DNA of 64,000 nt from an uncultured Pseudomonadota bacterium (lineage in GTDB: Bacteria > Pseudomonadota > Gammaproteobacteria > Steroidobacterales > Steroidobacteraceae), in the NCBI GenBank assembly GCA_963839055.1, contig CAWITP010000002.1:162505-226504 (forward strand). The letters are read 5' to 3'. Shown here one piece after another: positions 1 to 10,642 of the stretch (the first letter of the stretch is position 1; the number at the start of each line of letters is the position of its first letter). The position numbers and the translations under genes were made by a program. Under the pieces are notes generated by a model that ran no database searches, had not been told where the DNA came from, and saw nothing but the letters and a program-made list of their open reading frames with translations.

Positions 1-1806
1 CGCCTGCAGCTCACACCGGACTACGACGGCATCGTGCAGCTGTCATTCGGGCTCACCTTATGGGCGCAGCACGCGCCGCGCTTTCCTATGGCGCAGATGA
101 GTGGTTCGGAAATGGAAGAGGCGGTGGCGGCCAACGATCTCGGCTTCGAGGCGCAGCCGCCGGCGACAGCCGATCGCGAGGCGGTGTGGTATCCGGGCTT
201 TGTGCAGCTCCGCAGCGCCGAAGGTGATCGGGACACGCGCTCGCTCTGGCTTTCCGGGCAGGCCGAACACGGACTGTCCATGGGTGAGGCGGCCGCGATT
301 GCCTTGCCCGCCGATGCCGCCGTGCAGGCCGTGTCGGTCCGGCGCGATGCCTACCGGCTGTCGCTGGATGTCAGCATCAAGGTGGAGCGGGGTCATACCT
401 ACGCCTTCAGCAAGTTCGCCGCCTTCTCCCGTGCCGGCTGGGGCGGCGATGCGACTGACGATCTGGCGGAGGCGCGTGCCGCGCGGGATAAGGGATTCGA
501 GCACCTGCTGCAGGATCAGCGGGCCGCATGGCAGGCGCTGTGGCAGTCGGACATCCAGATCGAGGGAGACGACCGCGCGCAACGGGTCGTGCACTCGGAG
601 CTCTATAACGTGCTGGCGGCCTCGACACCCGAGACGGGTTGGGCCATGGGAGCCTGTGCGCTGACGACGGGCTACGCGAACCATGACTTCTGGGACAGCG
701 ATACCTGGATTTTCCCGGCGCTGCTGCTGCTTTATCCGCAGCGCGCCAGGTCGCTGGTGACTTTCCGCGAGCGCACGCTGGCAGCTGCGCAGGAGCGCGC
801 GCGCAAGCATGGCTTCACCGGAGCGATGTATCCGTGGGAGTCTGACCCTGAGGACGGGTCCGATCAGACGCCCCATTCGGCGTTTGTGCTGAGCGAGAGC
901 GAGATCCACGTCACCGCGGAAGTCGCCATCGCCCAGTGGCAGTACTACCTCGCGACACAAGATCGTAACTGGTTGCGTCAGCAGGGCTGGCCGGTGATTC
1001 GCGAGGTGGCGCGCTTCTGGGCGAGCCGTGCCAGCTACGATGCGCAGAACCGTCGCTACGAGATTCTGCATGTCAACTCGGTGGCCGAATCCGAGGGCGA
1101 CGTGCCGAACGACACCTTTACCAACCTGTCGGCGCGCAAGGCGCTGCAGATCGCGACACAGGCTGCGCGGCTCGTCGGCGAGCATCCCGATGCGCTCTGG
1201 GAGCGGATCGCGCGGCAGCTGTATATTCCTGTAGACAGTGCGGCGCACCACCACCTGCCCTTCGATCCGAGCATTGCGATGCTGAACCAGGACTTCGGTG
1301 GCGGCCCGCTGGCGCTGCTGTTTCTGCCGTCGCTCGATCTGGACTTGAGCCCGGAGCTGCGGCGCGGTGATTACGACTACGCGGTACGCACGGCTGCCGC
1401 AGGCCGCGTGGGCAGTTTCAGCATGGGACTCGCACCGCATACGATCGCGGCGGCGAATGTCGGCGATGTCACGGCGGCGACCGGCTGGCTCGATGCGAAC
1501 TACAGCGGCGGCACGCTCAAGCCGCCCTTCAACGTCCGCACGGAAACCGCCGGGAATAACACCGGCTATTTCATTACGGGCTCAGCGGGCTATCTGCAGA
1601 GCCTGCTGTTCGGATTCAGCGGCCTGCGTATCCGCGAGCAGGGCTTGGTTCAGGCCTTTGCCGCGCAGCTGCCGCCCGGCTGGAAGGCGATGACGCTGCG
1701 CAACGTCCAGTTTCGTGGCCAACACCTCGACATCCGCATTGCCCGCAGCGCTGACGGCGCGGTGCACGTAACCCGTACGGTGCGTACCGCTCATGAGCCG
1801 AGCTGA
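1..1806 (+). CDS. glycoside hydrolase family 65 protein (5' end outside window)
   Basis: The frame is open from nt 1 (RLQLTPDYDGIV...), so the true start lies upstream. Motifs DFWDSDTWIFPALLLLYP, GAMYPWESDPEDG and EIHVTAEVAIAQWQYYLATQD..VAREVARFWASR fit the GH65 (alpha/alpha)6 catalytic domain, preceded by a beta-sandwich N-domain. Confidence 0.8.
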   Translation, partial: RLQLTPDYDGIVQLSFGLTLWAQHAPRFPMAQMSGSEMEEAVAANDLGFEAQPPATADREAVWYPGFVQLRSAEGDRDTRSLWLSGQAEHGLSMGEAAAIALPADAAVQAVSVRRDAYRLSLDVSIKVERGHTYAFSKFAAFSRAGWGGDATDDLAEARAARDKGFEHLLQDQRAAWQALWQSDIQIEGDDRAQRVVHSELYNVLAASTPETGWAMGACALTTGYANHDFWDSDTWIFPALLLLYPQRARSLVTFRERTLAAAQERARKHGFTGAMYPWESDPEDGSDQTPHSAFVLSESEIHVTAEVAIAQWQYYLATQDRNWLRQQGWPVIREVARFWASRASYDAQNRRYEILHVNSVAESEGDVPNDTFTNLSARKALQIATQAARLVGEHPDALWERIARQLYIPVDSAAHHHLPFDPSIAMLNQDFGGGPLALLFLPSLDLDLSPELRRGDYDYAVRTAAAGRVGSFSMGLAPHTIAAANVGDVTAATGWLDANYSGGTLKPPFNVRTETAGNNTGYFITGSAGYLQSLLFGFSGLRIREQGLVQAFAAQLPPGWKAMTLRNVQFRGQHLDIRIARSADGAVHVTRTVRTAHEPS

Positions 1807-4570
1807 CAGCAGACGCCTTCTCTGCCTGACATGGGGGCTGCTCGTGCTGACGCTGCCCGGCTGCAGCCGGGTGGGGCACGATCCCACCATCGTCGCGGGC
1901 AACGCGCGTTTCGAATTCCTCACCCCGTCGCTGGTGCGACTGGAATACGCGCCGTCCGGTCATTTCGTCGATTCGCCCACGGCGGTTGTGCAGAGACGCG
2001 ACTGGCCGAAAGTCGCGGTGGAGACGACGCAGGCCGATGGCTGGCTGACGGCGCGCACGGCGGCGATGACCTTGCGCTATCGGCTGCAGTCAGGAGCGTT
2101 CACCCCCCACAATCTCGAGGTGACCTGGACTGATGGCCATGGCCGCACCCGCAGCTGGCATCCCGCCGAGCCTGATGGGCTCAATCTCGGCGGCTTGCCT
2201 TATTCGCTCGACAATGTGAGTGAGGACAACCTGCCGGCGGGTCGTTCCGACACCCTCACTCCCATCAACGACATGATCCCGGGCATCGACATTCCGCTGC
2301 TCGAGGCGACACCAGGGCTGTTGAGTCGCTCCGGCTTCGCCAGGATCGATGACAGCCGCACGCCGGTGTGGAATGCGCAGCGAACCTGGGTCGAGCCGCG
2401 CCAGGGCGCCGAGGGGCAGGACTGGTACCTGTTCACCTACGACCGCGACTATCAGGCCGTACTGCGCGAATACGCGCAGCTGTGTGGTCCGGTGCCGATG
2501 ATTCCGCGCTACGTCCTCGGGCCGATGGTGACCGATCTCAACTTCGAATATTTCCCGGATTCGGCCGAGGCGCGCACGCCGGAGTTCCAGCACTACAACC
2601 AGCAGATGCTGCAGCAGGAGGTCACACGGCTGCGCGAGGAGCACATTCCCTTCGACACGCTGGTGCTCGATTTCGCCTGGCACAACTACGGCTGGGATGG
2701 CGGTTATGACTGGAGCCCGCTCATCCCCCAGCCTCAGGCGCTGCTCGATTTCCTGCACCAGCGCGGCATCAAGCTGAGTCTCAACGACCATCCCGGCTAT
2801 GCCAACACCGAGGAAAGCATCCTCTCCTTCGAGGACAGTCACGCGCCGGCGGTGCTGAAGGATCTGGGCACCACGGTCGCGCCGCAGGCGCAATTCAATC
2901 TGGATATCTCGGCCGGCTGGAAATTCGCAACGGACCGGCACGATGCCGGCGTGGACCAGCAGTGGTATGCGCATCCGCAGCGTGCCGCGCACTGGGTGCC
3001 GATCCGCGTGGGCTTGCCCTGGCAGCAGCAGGGTTATGCGCATTACTCCGGACCGGGTTGGTACTGGCTGTCGGTGCGGCTGCCTGCAAGGCTCCCTGAG
3101 AAGCTGTATCTGTATATCGGTGAGACCCGCAAGACCTACCGAATCTTCGTCAACGGCCACGAGGCCACTCACAGCACCATTCACTGGCCGCAGCGGCTGA
3201 CGCATACCGACATCCGCGCACTGGTGCACGCCGGCCAGCAGAACGACATCGTGTTGCGCATCGAGCCTGGCGAGGAGGGCGGCGGACTGATGCTGGCGCC
3301 GGTGGCCCTGCGCGATGTGGCGCCGCCGGAGCGCATCGGGTTCGACCTCTCCAATCAGAAGCAGGCGGAGGTCTTCATGCGCGACCTGCACGCGCCACTG
3401 ATGCGTGCCGGTGTTGATTTCTGGTGGGTGGACGGCGGCAGCGGCGCGGTCGAGATGCCCGGTCTCAACAAGCAGCTCTGGACGAACAAGGTGTTCTACG
3501 ACTATAGCCAGCAGCTGACCGGCCGGCGCGCCTTCATCCTGGGTCGCTACGGAGACTGGGGCAGCGAGCGCTACCCAGGATATTTCACCGGCGATACCTA
3601 TTCGCAATGGCCCGTACTCGCCTATGAGGTGGCCTTCACGGCGCGCGGCGGGAATGTGCTGATGCCCTACATCAGCCATGACATCGGCGGCTTTCATGGC
3701 GAGAAGATCGATTTCGACCTGTACGCCCGCTGGATCGAGTTCGGCGCCTTCAGTCCGATCCTGCGCATGCACAGCGCGCACGCCAACCCTCGCGAAGGTA
3801 ATGTGCGCATGCCATGGGTCTATGGTGATGAGGGTGTTGCCCTCATGAGGAAGTACTTCACGCTGCGCACGCAGCTGATACCCTATCTCTACACCTACAG
3901 CTGGCGCGCGCACCGTGATGCCGAGCCGTTGCTGCGCCCCCTCTACCTGAGGTATCCGCAGCTCGAAGAGGCGTACCAGCACAGCCACGAGTATCTGCTG
4001 GGCGATGAGATGCTAGTGGCCCCGATCGTGAGCCCGAGCGGGGATGCGGCCATCTATTTGCCGCCGGGGCAATGGTTTGACTTCTTCAGCGGCAAGCCCT
4101 ATCCGGGCGACCGTACTTTCACGCAGCATTATGCGGTGGATAGCACGCCGGTATTCGTACGCGACGGAGCGCTCATCCCTGAGCAGCTGCCCGGGGAGTA
4201 CTCCGATGCCCATCCGCTGGACACGGTGCTGCTGCATGTGTTCGGCAACGGGCCCGGCCGCTTCGAGTTGTACGAAGATGACGGCTCATCACTGGCTTCC
4301 GAACATGGCGAATACGCCATCACGCCGCTCAACTACACGATGGCGAACGGGGCCCATCATCTGGTGATTGGTCCTGGGCGGGGTACGTTTCACGGACAGC
4401 CGGCGCAGCGCGGCTGGGAACTGCATATTCACGCCGATCGCGCGCCGCGCTCGGTAAGCGTGAACGGGCACGACGCCGCTGCCATCAGCTGGGATGCCGA
4501 GCATGCGATGGCCACGGTGAGCGTGTCGGTGTTCCCTACCGGCGAGCGCACCGAGGTCATCTGGCAGTGA
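1793..4570 (+). CDS. glycoside hydrolase family 31 protein, lipoprotein
   Basis: Lipobox LLVLTLPGC near the N-terminus. GH31 barrel motifs are present: [50 protein letters not shown]. The ATG overlaps the upstream stop by 14 nt. Confidence 0.88.
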   Translation: MSRADSRRLLCLTWGLLVLTLPGCSRVGHDPTIVAGNARFEFLTPSLVRLEYAPSGHFVDSPTAVVQRRDWPKVAVETTQADGWLTARTAAMTLRYRLQSGAFTPHNLEVTWTDGHGRTRSWHPAEPDGLNLGGLPYSLDNVSEDNLPAGRSDTLTPINDMIPGIDIPLLEATPGLLSRSGFARIDDSRTPVWNAQRTWVEPRQGAEGQDWYLFTYDRDYQAVLREYAQLCGPVPMIPRYVLGPMVTDLNFEYFPDSAEARTPEFQHYNQQMLQQEVTRLREEHIPFDTLVLDFAWHNYGWDGGYDWSPLIPQPQALLDFLHQRGIKLSLNDHPGYANTEESILSFEDSHAPAVLKDLGTTVAPQAQFNLDISAGWKFATDRHDAGVDQQWYAHPQRAAHWVPIRVGLPWQQQGYAHYSGPGWYWLSVRLPARLPEKLYLYIGETRKTYRIFVNGHEATHSTIHWPQRLTHTDIRALVHAGQQNDIVLRIEPGEEGGGLMLAPVALRDVAPPERIGFDLSNQKQAEVFMRDLHAPLMRAGVDFWWVDGGSGAVEMPGLNKQLWTNKVFYDYSQQLTGRRAFILGRYGDWGSERYPGYFTGDTYSQWPVLAYEVAFTARGGNVLMPYISHDIGGFHGEKIDFDLYARWIEFGAFSPILRMHSAHANPREGNVRMPWVYGDEGVALMRKYFTLRTQLIPYLYTYSWRAHRDAEPLLRPLYLRYPQLEEAYQHSHEYLLGDEMLVAPIVSPSGDAAIYLPPGQWFDFFSGKPYPGDRTFTQHYAVDSTPVFVRDGALIPEQLPGEYSDAHPLDTVLLHVFGNGPGRFELYEDDGSSLASEHGEYAITPLNYTMANGAHHLVIGPGRGTFHGQPAQRGWELHIHADRAPRSVSVNGHDAAAISWDAEHAMATVSVSVFPTGERTEVIWQ

Positions 4571-4583
4571 GCTTGAGGCTGAC

Positions 4584-6893
4584 GTGCGATGTCTCTATCG
4601 TGCCGTATCATGCAACGAGTTAGGGGGTCCCATTAACACCGAATCCAACAACCCACAGAAACGTCGTTGCCGTAGCGTGCTGCGGGTTGCCTCTCTTTGG
4701 GTAGTGACGCTCGCTGTCGCGGCTGCAGGCGCTTCGGGCATAGGCGCACCCGGCAACGCCGCTGCGACTCCACCCGCCCGTGCGGCAGCCGCGAGCACTG
4801 CACCGACCAGCGCCGCACCCGCGGATGCCTCGAACCCGAGCGCCGATGGCGTGGCCTACGCGCACTGGCTCGAAGAGCGCTCCATGCTGCACCAGGCCGC
4901 AGAGGTGGCACGGCAGTATTCGGGTAAGTCCGTGCAATGGCATCACCCTTACGGTCTGCCACAGACACGCGCCGCCGTGGCCCGCGCCTCGGTCTGGTTT
5001 ACGGCCTATCCAGCTTCCACCATTGCCGCATCACCGGGGGTTTCGGTGCTGGCAACGCTTGCGGATGAGCGCTTGTGGTCCGCCTTTCAGCAAATTGGAA
5101 TTCAGGGCGTGCACACCGGACCGATGAAGCGCTCGGGCGGGATTCGTGACCTCGCCTACACGCCTTCGGTTGACGGCAACTTCGACCGCATCAGTTTCGA
5201 TATCGATCCGGACTTCGGCAACCAGGCGGAATATCAGCGCATGGTCGCCGTAGCCCGCGACCATGGGGCGCTCATCATCGGTGATGTGATTCCCGGACAT
5301 ACCGGCAAAGGTGCGGACTTCCGTCTCGCCGAGCGGGCCTATCAGGACTATCCGGGTCTGTATCACATGGTGCAGATCGATCCGGCTGACTGGAGCCTGT
5401 TGCCGCCGGTAGCCGCCGGACGGGATGCGGTGAATCTCAGCCCGGCAACCGTCGATGCGCTGCAGGCCAAGGGCTACATCGTCGGGATGCTGTCCTCGCG
5501 TATCTTCTACGAGCCCGGAGTCAAGGATTCGGACTGGAGCGCCACCGGTGAGGTGCGCGGCGTGGACGGGGTGCAGCGTCGCTGGGTGTATCTGCACTAT
5601 TTCAAACAGGGGCAGCCCACGCTCAACTGGCTCGATCCGAGCTTTGCGGCCGAGCGTCTGGTGATCGGCGATGCCGTGCACCAGCTCGGCGTGCTGGGCG
5701 ATGGCGGACTGCGCCTGGATGCCAACGGACTTCTCGGCATCGAGCGCAGGCAGAGCGGCGGCGTCTGGTCGGAAGGCCACCCCCTGTCGATTACGGCGAA
5801 TCAGCTGATCGCGGACATGGTGCGCAAGCTCGGCGGCTTCACCTTCGAGGAGCTCGCCCTGCAGCTCGATGACATGCGTGCCATGTCACAGGGCGGACCG
5901 GACCTGTCTTACGACTTTGTCACACGACCGGCCTACGACGAGGCCCTGCTCACCGGAGATGCGCGCTTCCTGCGGCTCGTGTTTCAGCTGATGCGGCGTT
6001 ACGACATCGATCCCGCCCGCCTGATCCATGCACTGCAGAATCACGATGAGCTGACCGGGGGACTGGCGCATTTCGGCACATCCCATGCGCAGGACTCATT
6101 TGAGTTCCGCGGCACGCAGCGCTCCGGACGCGAGCTGCGGGAACTCGTGCATCAGGAGATGTACGAACGTCTCATGGGTCCGCGAGCGCCTTACAACCTC
6201 CAGTTCGGCGACGGTGTGGCCTGCACCACCGCGACGGTGATCACGGCTACGCTCGGCATCCGTGATATCTCGCACCTGAAAGTTGCGCAGATCGAGAAAA
6301 TCAAGCGCCTGCATCTGCTGCTGGCCTTCTACAACGCGATGCAGCCGGGCGTGTTTGCCTTGTCCGGATGGGATCTGGTGGGCGCATTGACGCTGCCGGC
6401 GCGCGAAGTGCGCGCGCGCCTCGCCGATGGCGACACGCGCTGGATCAATCGCGGCGCTTACGATCTGATCGGCAGCAACCCCGGCAGCAAGGTCTCGGCC
6501 GCGGGCCTGCCGCGCGCGGTTGCGCTCTATGGCGCACTGCCGACGCAGCTCAACAAGCCGGACTCATTCGCCTCGCAGCTGGCGCGCCTACTCAAAGTGC
6601 GCGCCGACATGCACCTGCAGGTGGCCCGCCTCACGGACGTTCCGGCGGTGCAGACCCCTGCATTGCTCGTTCTGGTACACGAGCTGCCGGAGCAGGGCGG
6701 TACCGAGGTCACTGCCATCAACTTCGGCTCCACACCGCTTGATGAAACCGTCACCCTCAAGGGAGTGCAGGCCGCCCGTTCGGTCAGGGATGCGCTCGAT
6801 CCAACAGCGCACGCGCTGCAGGTTGGCGCGGGCGGGACGCTGCCGTTGCATCTGGATGCTTACCAGGGCAAGGCCTTGCGGATCGGGAGCTGA
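4584..6893 (+). CDS. GH13 alpha-amylase-family enzyme (glucosyltransferase/trehalose-synthase-like)
   Basis: GH13 conserved regions: [11 protein letters not shown] (I), GGLRLDANG (II, nucleophile Asp), FEELAL (III), LQNHDELT (IV). The N-terminus [27 protein letters not shown] looks like an export (possibly Tat) signal. The exact start codon is uncertain. Confidence 0.8.
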   Translation: MRCLYRAVSCNELGGPINTESNNPQKRRCRSVLRVASLWVVTLAVAAAGASGIGAPGNAAATPPARAAAASTAPTSAAPADASNPSADGVAYAHWLEERSMLHQAAEVARQYSGKSVQWHHPYGLPQTRAAVARASVWFTAYPASTIAASPGVSVLATLADERLWSAFQQIGIQGVHTGPMKRSGGIRDLAYTPSVDGNFDRISFDIDPDFGNQAEYQRMVAVARDHGALIIGDVIPGHTGKGADFRLAERAYQDYPGLYHMVQIDPADWSLLPPVAAGRDAVNLSPATVDALQAKGYIVGMLSSRIFYEPGVKDSDWSATGEVRGVDGVQRRWVYLHYFKQGQPTLNWLDPSFAAERLVIGDAVHQLGVLGDGGLRLDANGLLGIERRQSGGVWSEGHPLSITANQLIADMVRKLGGFTFEELALQLDDMRAMSQGGPDLSYDFVTRPAYDEALLTGDARFLRLVFQLMRRYDIDPARLIHALQNHDELTGGLAHFGTSHAQDSFEFRGTQRSGRELRELVHQEMYERLMGPRAPYNLQFGDGVACTTATVITATLGIRDISHLKVAQIEKIKRLHLLLAFYNAMQPGVFALSGWDLVGALTLPAREVRARLADGDTRWINRGAYDLIGSNPGSKVSAAGLPRAVALYGALPTQLNKPDSFASQLARLLKVRADMHLQVARLTDVPAVQTPALLVLVHELPEQGGTEVTAINFGSTPLDETVTLKGVQAARSVRDALDPTAHALQVGAGGTLPLHLDAYQGKALRIGS

Positions 6894-6895
6894 GC

Positions 6896-8071
6896 GTGAG
6901 CTCCTCCGGTCTGCACTCTGAGCGCCGTTTGCGCGCCGGCATCGTCGGTGGAGGTCGCGGCGCTTTCATCGGTGCCGTACATCGCATGGCAGCGGAGCTC
7001 GATGGTCAGGCGCAGATCGTGGCCGGGGCGCTCTCGTCAGATCCGCAGAACGCGCAGCAGAGTGCCGCCGACTGGTTCCTGCAGCGGGCCTATACCTCTT
7101 TTGAAGAGATGGCGCGCGCGGAGGCGGCCGCAGCGGACGGGATCGACTTTGTCATCGTGGCCGTACCCAACCATTTGCACTATCCCGTGGTGCGTGCGTT
7201 CCTGGCCTCCGGCATCCATGTAGTCTGCGACAAGCCCCTGGCCCTCTCGGTCGCCGAGGGGGAGCAACTCGTTCCGCTGTTGGCTTCCGGCTCCCTGCTG
7301 TTCGCGCTCACCCAGACGTACACCGGATATCCGGCGGTACGCGAGGCACGCGCGCTGGTCGCTGCGGGCGAGCTCGGTCGGTTGCATCGCGTGATGGTCG
7401 AGTACACGCAGGATTGGCTGCGCGAGCCGCTTGAGACCCGGGTGCAGACGCAGGGACAGAAGCAGGCCGCCTGGCGCACCGATCCGGCGCGCAGCGGGCA
7501 GGCCGGCAGCGTCGGCGATATCGGGGTACACGCACAGAATCTGCTCGAGTATGTCAGCGGCCAACTCATTGCATCGGTATGCGCAGATCTCAACAGTGTC
7601 GTGGCCGGTCGGCAGCTCGATGATGATGCCAGCATTCTGTTGCGACTGAGCGGCGGCGCACGCGGGGTGCTGGTGTGCTCGCAGATTGCGACCGGCGATG
7701 AGAACGCGCTGTCGCTCCGATTGTATGGCAGTAAGGCAGGTCTGGCATGGCATCACGAAGATCCCGACACGCTGATCCACAAGCCGGCCAGCGCGCCATG
7801 GCGGCGCCTGCGCCGGGGTCAGGGCTATCTGAGCGCAGCGGCGCGCGCGGCGACGCGACTGCCGCCGGGACATCCTGAAGGTTATATCGAGGCGTTCGCG
7901 AACCTCTATCGTGCCTTCGTCGCGGATGTCCGTCGTGTCAAAGCGGGCGAGCGACCGCTGCGTGACTATCCGGGTCTCGAGGAAGGACTGCGCAGTCTGC
8001 GCTTTATCGAAGCGGTGGTGGCCAGCTCCCGCGCCAACTCCGTGTGGACCGCTGTCGGGACCGGCCGATGA
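6896..8071 (+). CDS. Gfo/Idh/MocA family oxidoreductase
   Basis: N-terminal Rossmann motif RAGIVGGGRGAFIGAVH, then the VAVPNHLHYPV..VVCDKPL pattern typical of the family. A GTG start sits 2 nt after the GH13 stop, with GGGAG 6 nt upstream. No signal peptide. Confidence 0.88.
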   Translation: MSSSGLHSERRLRAGIVGGGRGAFIGAVHRMAAELDGQAQIVAGALSSDPQNAQQSAADWFLQRAYTSFEEMARAEAAAADGIDFVIVAVPNHLHYPVVRAFLASGIHVVCDKPLALSVAEGEQLVPLLASGSLLFALTQTYTGYPAVREARALVAAGELGRLHRVMVEYTQDWLREPLETRVQTQGQKQAAWRTDPARSGQAGSVGDIGVHAQNLLEYVSGQLIASVCADLNSVVAGRQLDDDASILLRLSGGARGVLVCSQIATGDENALSLRLYGSKAGLAWHHEDPDTLIHKPASAPWRRLRRGQGYLSAAARAATRLPPGHPEGYIEAFANLYRAFVADVRRVKAGERPLRDYPGLEEGLRSLRFIEAVVASSRANSVWTAVGTGR

Positions 8072-9378
8072 GCGATCGCATCCGGCTGCGCCTGTGTCTG
8101 ATGATGTTCCTGCAGTTCTTCATCTGGGGCAGCTGGTTCGTTACGATGGGCAGTTATCTCGCTGCGACGCTGCATGCCAGCGGCGCACAGACCGCGCTGG
8201 CCTACTCGACGCAGTCCTGGGGTGCGATCATCGCGCCTTTCATCGTCGGACTGATCGCCGATCGCTACTTCAATGCCGAGCGTGTGCTCGGGGCGTTGCA
8301 CATCGCCGGGGCCCTGCTCATGTATCTGCTTTGCAGCATCGAACGCTTCGCGGTGTTTTATCCGTGCGTGCTGACGTACATGCTTCTCTACATGCCGACC
8401 CTGGCGCTGGTCAATGCGGTCGCCTTCCGGCAGATGCAGGACCCGGCGAGCCAGTTCGCGGCGGTACGCGTGTGGGGGACGGTCGGCTGGATCGTCGCCG
8501 GCCTCCTGATCAGCTATCTGTTCGGCTGGGATGGGCCGCAAAGCATGCAGGCGGGCCTGTTGCGGAATACCTTTCTCATGGGCTCGATCGCCTCGGCGGT
8601 GTTAGGTCTGTACAGCTTCACTTTGCCGCGCACGCCGCCGGTGCGGACGACCGGCGGCGTGGCCGCAGAGCAGCGACAGCAGGCCGGCGGGTTGCATCCT
8701 TCGCCCTCTGCCACGACGGGTGTGAGCCATTACCTCGATGCGCTGGCGCTGCTGCGCAATCGCAATTTTCTGGTGTTCTTCATCGCCTCGATCCTGATCT
8801 GTATCCCGCTCGCCTTCTATTATCAGAATGCCAATCAGTTCCTCACTGAGATTCAGGTGGCGCACGCCACCGGCAAACAGACGCTGGGCCAGGTGTCTGA
8901 GGTGCTTTTCATGCTAGCCATGCCCCTGTTCCTGAACCGCTTCGGCATGAAGGCCACGCTGCTGGTCGGCATGTTGGCGTGGACGGTCAGGTACGTGTTG
9001 TTTGCGATGGGTAATGCGCACGAGCTTGCTTTTCTGCTGCTCGTGGGTATCGCGCTGCACGGGGCCTGCTATGACTTCTTCTTCGTCTCCGGCCAGATCT
9101 ACACGGATGCCAAGGCAGGCGTGCGCTTCAAAGCCGCAGCGCAGGGACTGATCACCCTGGCCACCTATGGGCTCGGCATGCTGATCGGCTTCTGGGCGGC
9201 GGGCTACATTGATGATCTGTACGCCGTGGCAGGCCACCATGACTGGCGGGCGATCTGGCTTTATCCGGCCGCCTTCGCCGCCGTGGTGTTCGTGGGCTTC
9301 GCCGCTGCTTTCCGTAACGAGACTCTTTCTCATCCCACACCGACAGCAACCGGCGGCGCGCTGCGGGGACGCACGTGA
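8068..9378 (+). CDS. MFS transporter, nucleoside:H+ symporter (NupG/XapB) family
   Basis: The N-terminus [38 protein letters not shown] closely follows the NupG pattern (LQFxxWGSWxxTLGSY...IADK). The protein is hydrophobic throughout. ATGA start/stop overlap at 8068-8071. Confidence 0.85.
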   Translation: MSDRIRLRLCLMMFLQFFIWGSWFVTMGSYLAATLHASGAQTALAYSTQSWGAIIAPFIVGLIADRYFNAERVLGALHIAGALLMYLLCSIERFAVFYPCVLTYMLLYMPTLALVNAVAFRQMQDPASQFAAVRVWGTVGWIVAGLLISYLFGWDGPQSMQAGLLRNTFLMGSIASAVLGLYSFTLPRTPPVRTTGGVAAEQRQQAGGLHPSPSATTGVSHYLDALALLRNRNFLVFFIASILICIPLAFYYQNANQFLTEIQVAHATGKQTLGQVSEVLFMLAMPLFLNRFGMKATLLVGMLAWTVRYVLFAMGNAHELAFLLLVGIALHGACYDFFFVSGQIYTDAKAGVRFKAAAQGLITLATYGLGMLIGFWAAGYIDDLYAVAGHHDWRAIWLYPAAFAAVVFVGFAAAFRNETLSHPTPTATGGALRGRT

Positions 9379-10616
9379 ACGTCGTGCCTTTTAAACCCAA
9401 GCCGATGCGGCTCAGCATTCTCACGGCGGCCCTGCAGGAGCTGACGCCGCGTGCGCGCCGCGATGCGGATCCGGACCTCGCGGTCGAAGAATGGCTGGCG
9501 TTTGCCCGGGAGATTGGCGCACCGAACATCGAGCTGTCGGCGGCACTGCATCCCAGTGAGAGCGATGTGCCCGCGGCCGCGCTACTCGATCCGGTGGCCA
9601 ACACCCTCGATCTGCGCCAGCCGTTCGATCGCAAGCGAGCGGCCCGCGTGCGTGCGGCGATGCAGTCCACCGGGGTCGGCCTTTCCGATCTGGCCTACTT
9701 CGACAACATGCTGGCGGCTGATGCGACCACGCGCCACCAGAAACATGAGCTGATGCTGCGCGTATTCGATGCGGCGGTACTCCTGGGCTGCGATGCGGTC
9801 GCAGGCTTCGTCGGGCGTAACCCGCAGCTCGGGATGGATGCAAATCTCGAGATGTTCGAGATGGTATTCGTGCCGTTGCTGCGCGAAGCCAGGGCGCGTG
9901 GACTCACTTATCGCGTTGAGCAATGTCCGATGCCGGGCTGGAATGTCACGGACCTGTGGCACAACAACATTGCGTATGCACCGGGACCCTGGATTGCGCT
10001 GCATCGGATCTGCGAGCGCCACGGCGTCGGGGATCAATTCAGGATCCACTATGACCCATCGCATGCGATCCTCATGGGGCAGGATTCGCGCGCCGTATTC
10101 CAGTATCTGAAAGAGGAGGGGTATGCCTTCCTGATCGGCGGTTTTCACGTCAAAGGGCAGCTGATCGATGCCCGCGGACTCGCCGCCTGGGGCTACGGTG
10201 GGCAGACCTTGCAGCGCGGCGATCGCAACGGGGATGTGCCGAACCCGGATCCGATGGCACAGCGCAACGCCTGGAAGAAGCAGACGGTATTCAGCGAGCA
10301 CGAGCTGCCGGGGACCGCGCGCCACGATCCACTCGCCTATCTGCAGACGCGCACGGTCGACTGGCTCGATCACCAGCTCGCGGCGCGTCAGCTGCTTGAC
10401 ATCGATCCGCTGAAAACCTACCTGGTGGTGGAGCACGAGTTCCCGCCGGCACGGATCCAGGACCGCGCCCGTCTTGCACCGATTCTCGCAGGGTCACTCG
10501 CCTTCACCCGCGCCATCGACATGGCCGCAGCGGCCATGTATGCGCTGCAGAGCGAAGTGCTGCCGGCTCAGGGCATCGCAGTGCAGGGCGTGGGTCGTGA
10601 GCCGTATCGTTCCTGA
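9375..10616 (+). CDS. sugar phosphate isomerase/epimerase family (xylose-isomerase-like TIM barrel) protein
   Basis: Size and pattern ([46 protein letters not shown]) fit AP-endonuclease-2/xylose-isomerase-like TIM barrels. GTGA overlap at 9375-9378. No signal peptide. Confidence 0.75.
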   Translation: MNVVPFKPKPMRLSILTAALQELTPRARRDADPDLAVEEWLAFAREIGAPNIELSAALHPSESDVPAAALLDPVANTLDLRQPFDRKRAARVRAAMQSTGVGLSDLAYFDNMLAADATTRHQKHELMLRVFDAAVLLGCDAVAGFVGRNPQLGMDANLEMFEMVFVPLLREARARGLTYRVEQCPMPGWNVTDLWHNNIAYAPGPWIALHRICERHGVGDQFRIHYDPSHAILMGQDSRAVFQYLKEEGYAFLIGGFHVKGQLIDARGLAAWGYGGQTLQRGDRNGDVPNPDPMAQRNAWKKQTVFSEHELPGTARHDPLAYLQTRTVDWLDHQLAARQLLDIDPLKTYLVVEHEFPPARIQDRARLAPILAGSLAFTRAIDMAAAAMYALQSEVLPAQGIAVQGVGREPYRS

Positions 10617-10642
10617 ACCCTATTGTTCTGCGCGTAACCGCC

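Noticed and set aside
58-1440. Long antisense or alternate-frame ORFs of 250-630 aa across the window. Examples: 58-1440(-), 2090-3988(-), 5031-5780(-), 9582-10436(-), 22907-24103(+), 31326-32771(-), 38946-39911(-), 45733-46851(-), 49962-51398(-), 52972-54357(-), 56780-57775(-), 61673-62638(+).
   Set aside because: Each lies opposite or out of frame to a gene with clear family motifs. Their translations are Arg/Ala/Gly/Pro/His-rich with no recognisable domains. Stop codons are rare in GC-rich DNA, so such shadow ORFs are expected.
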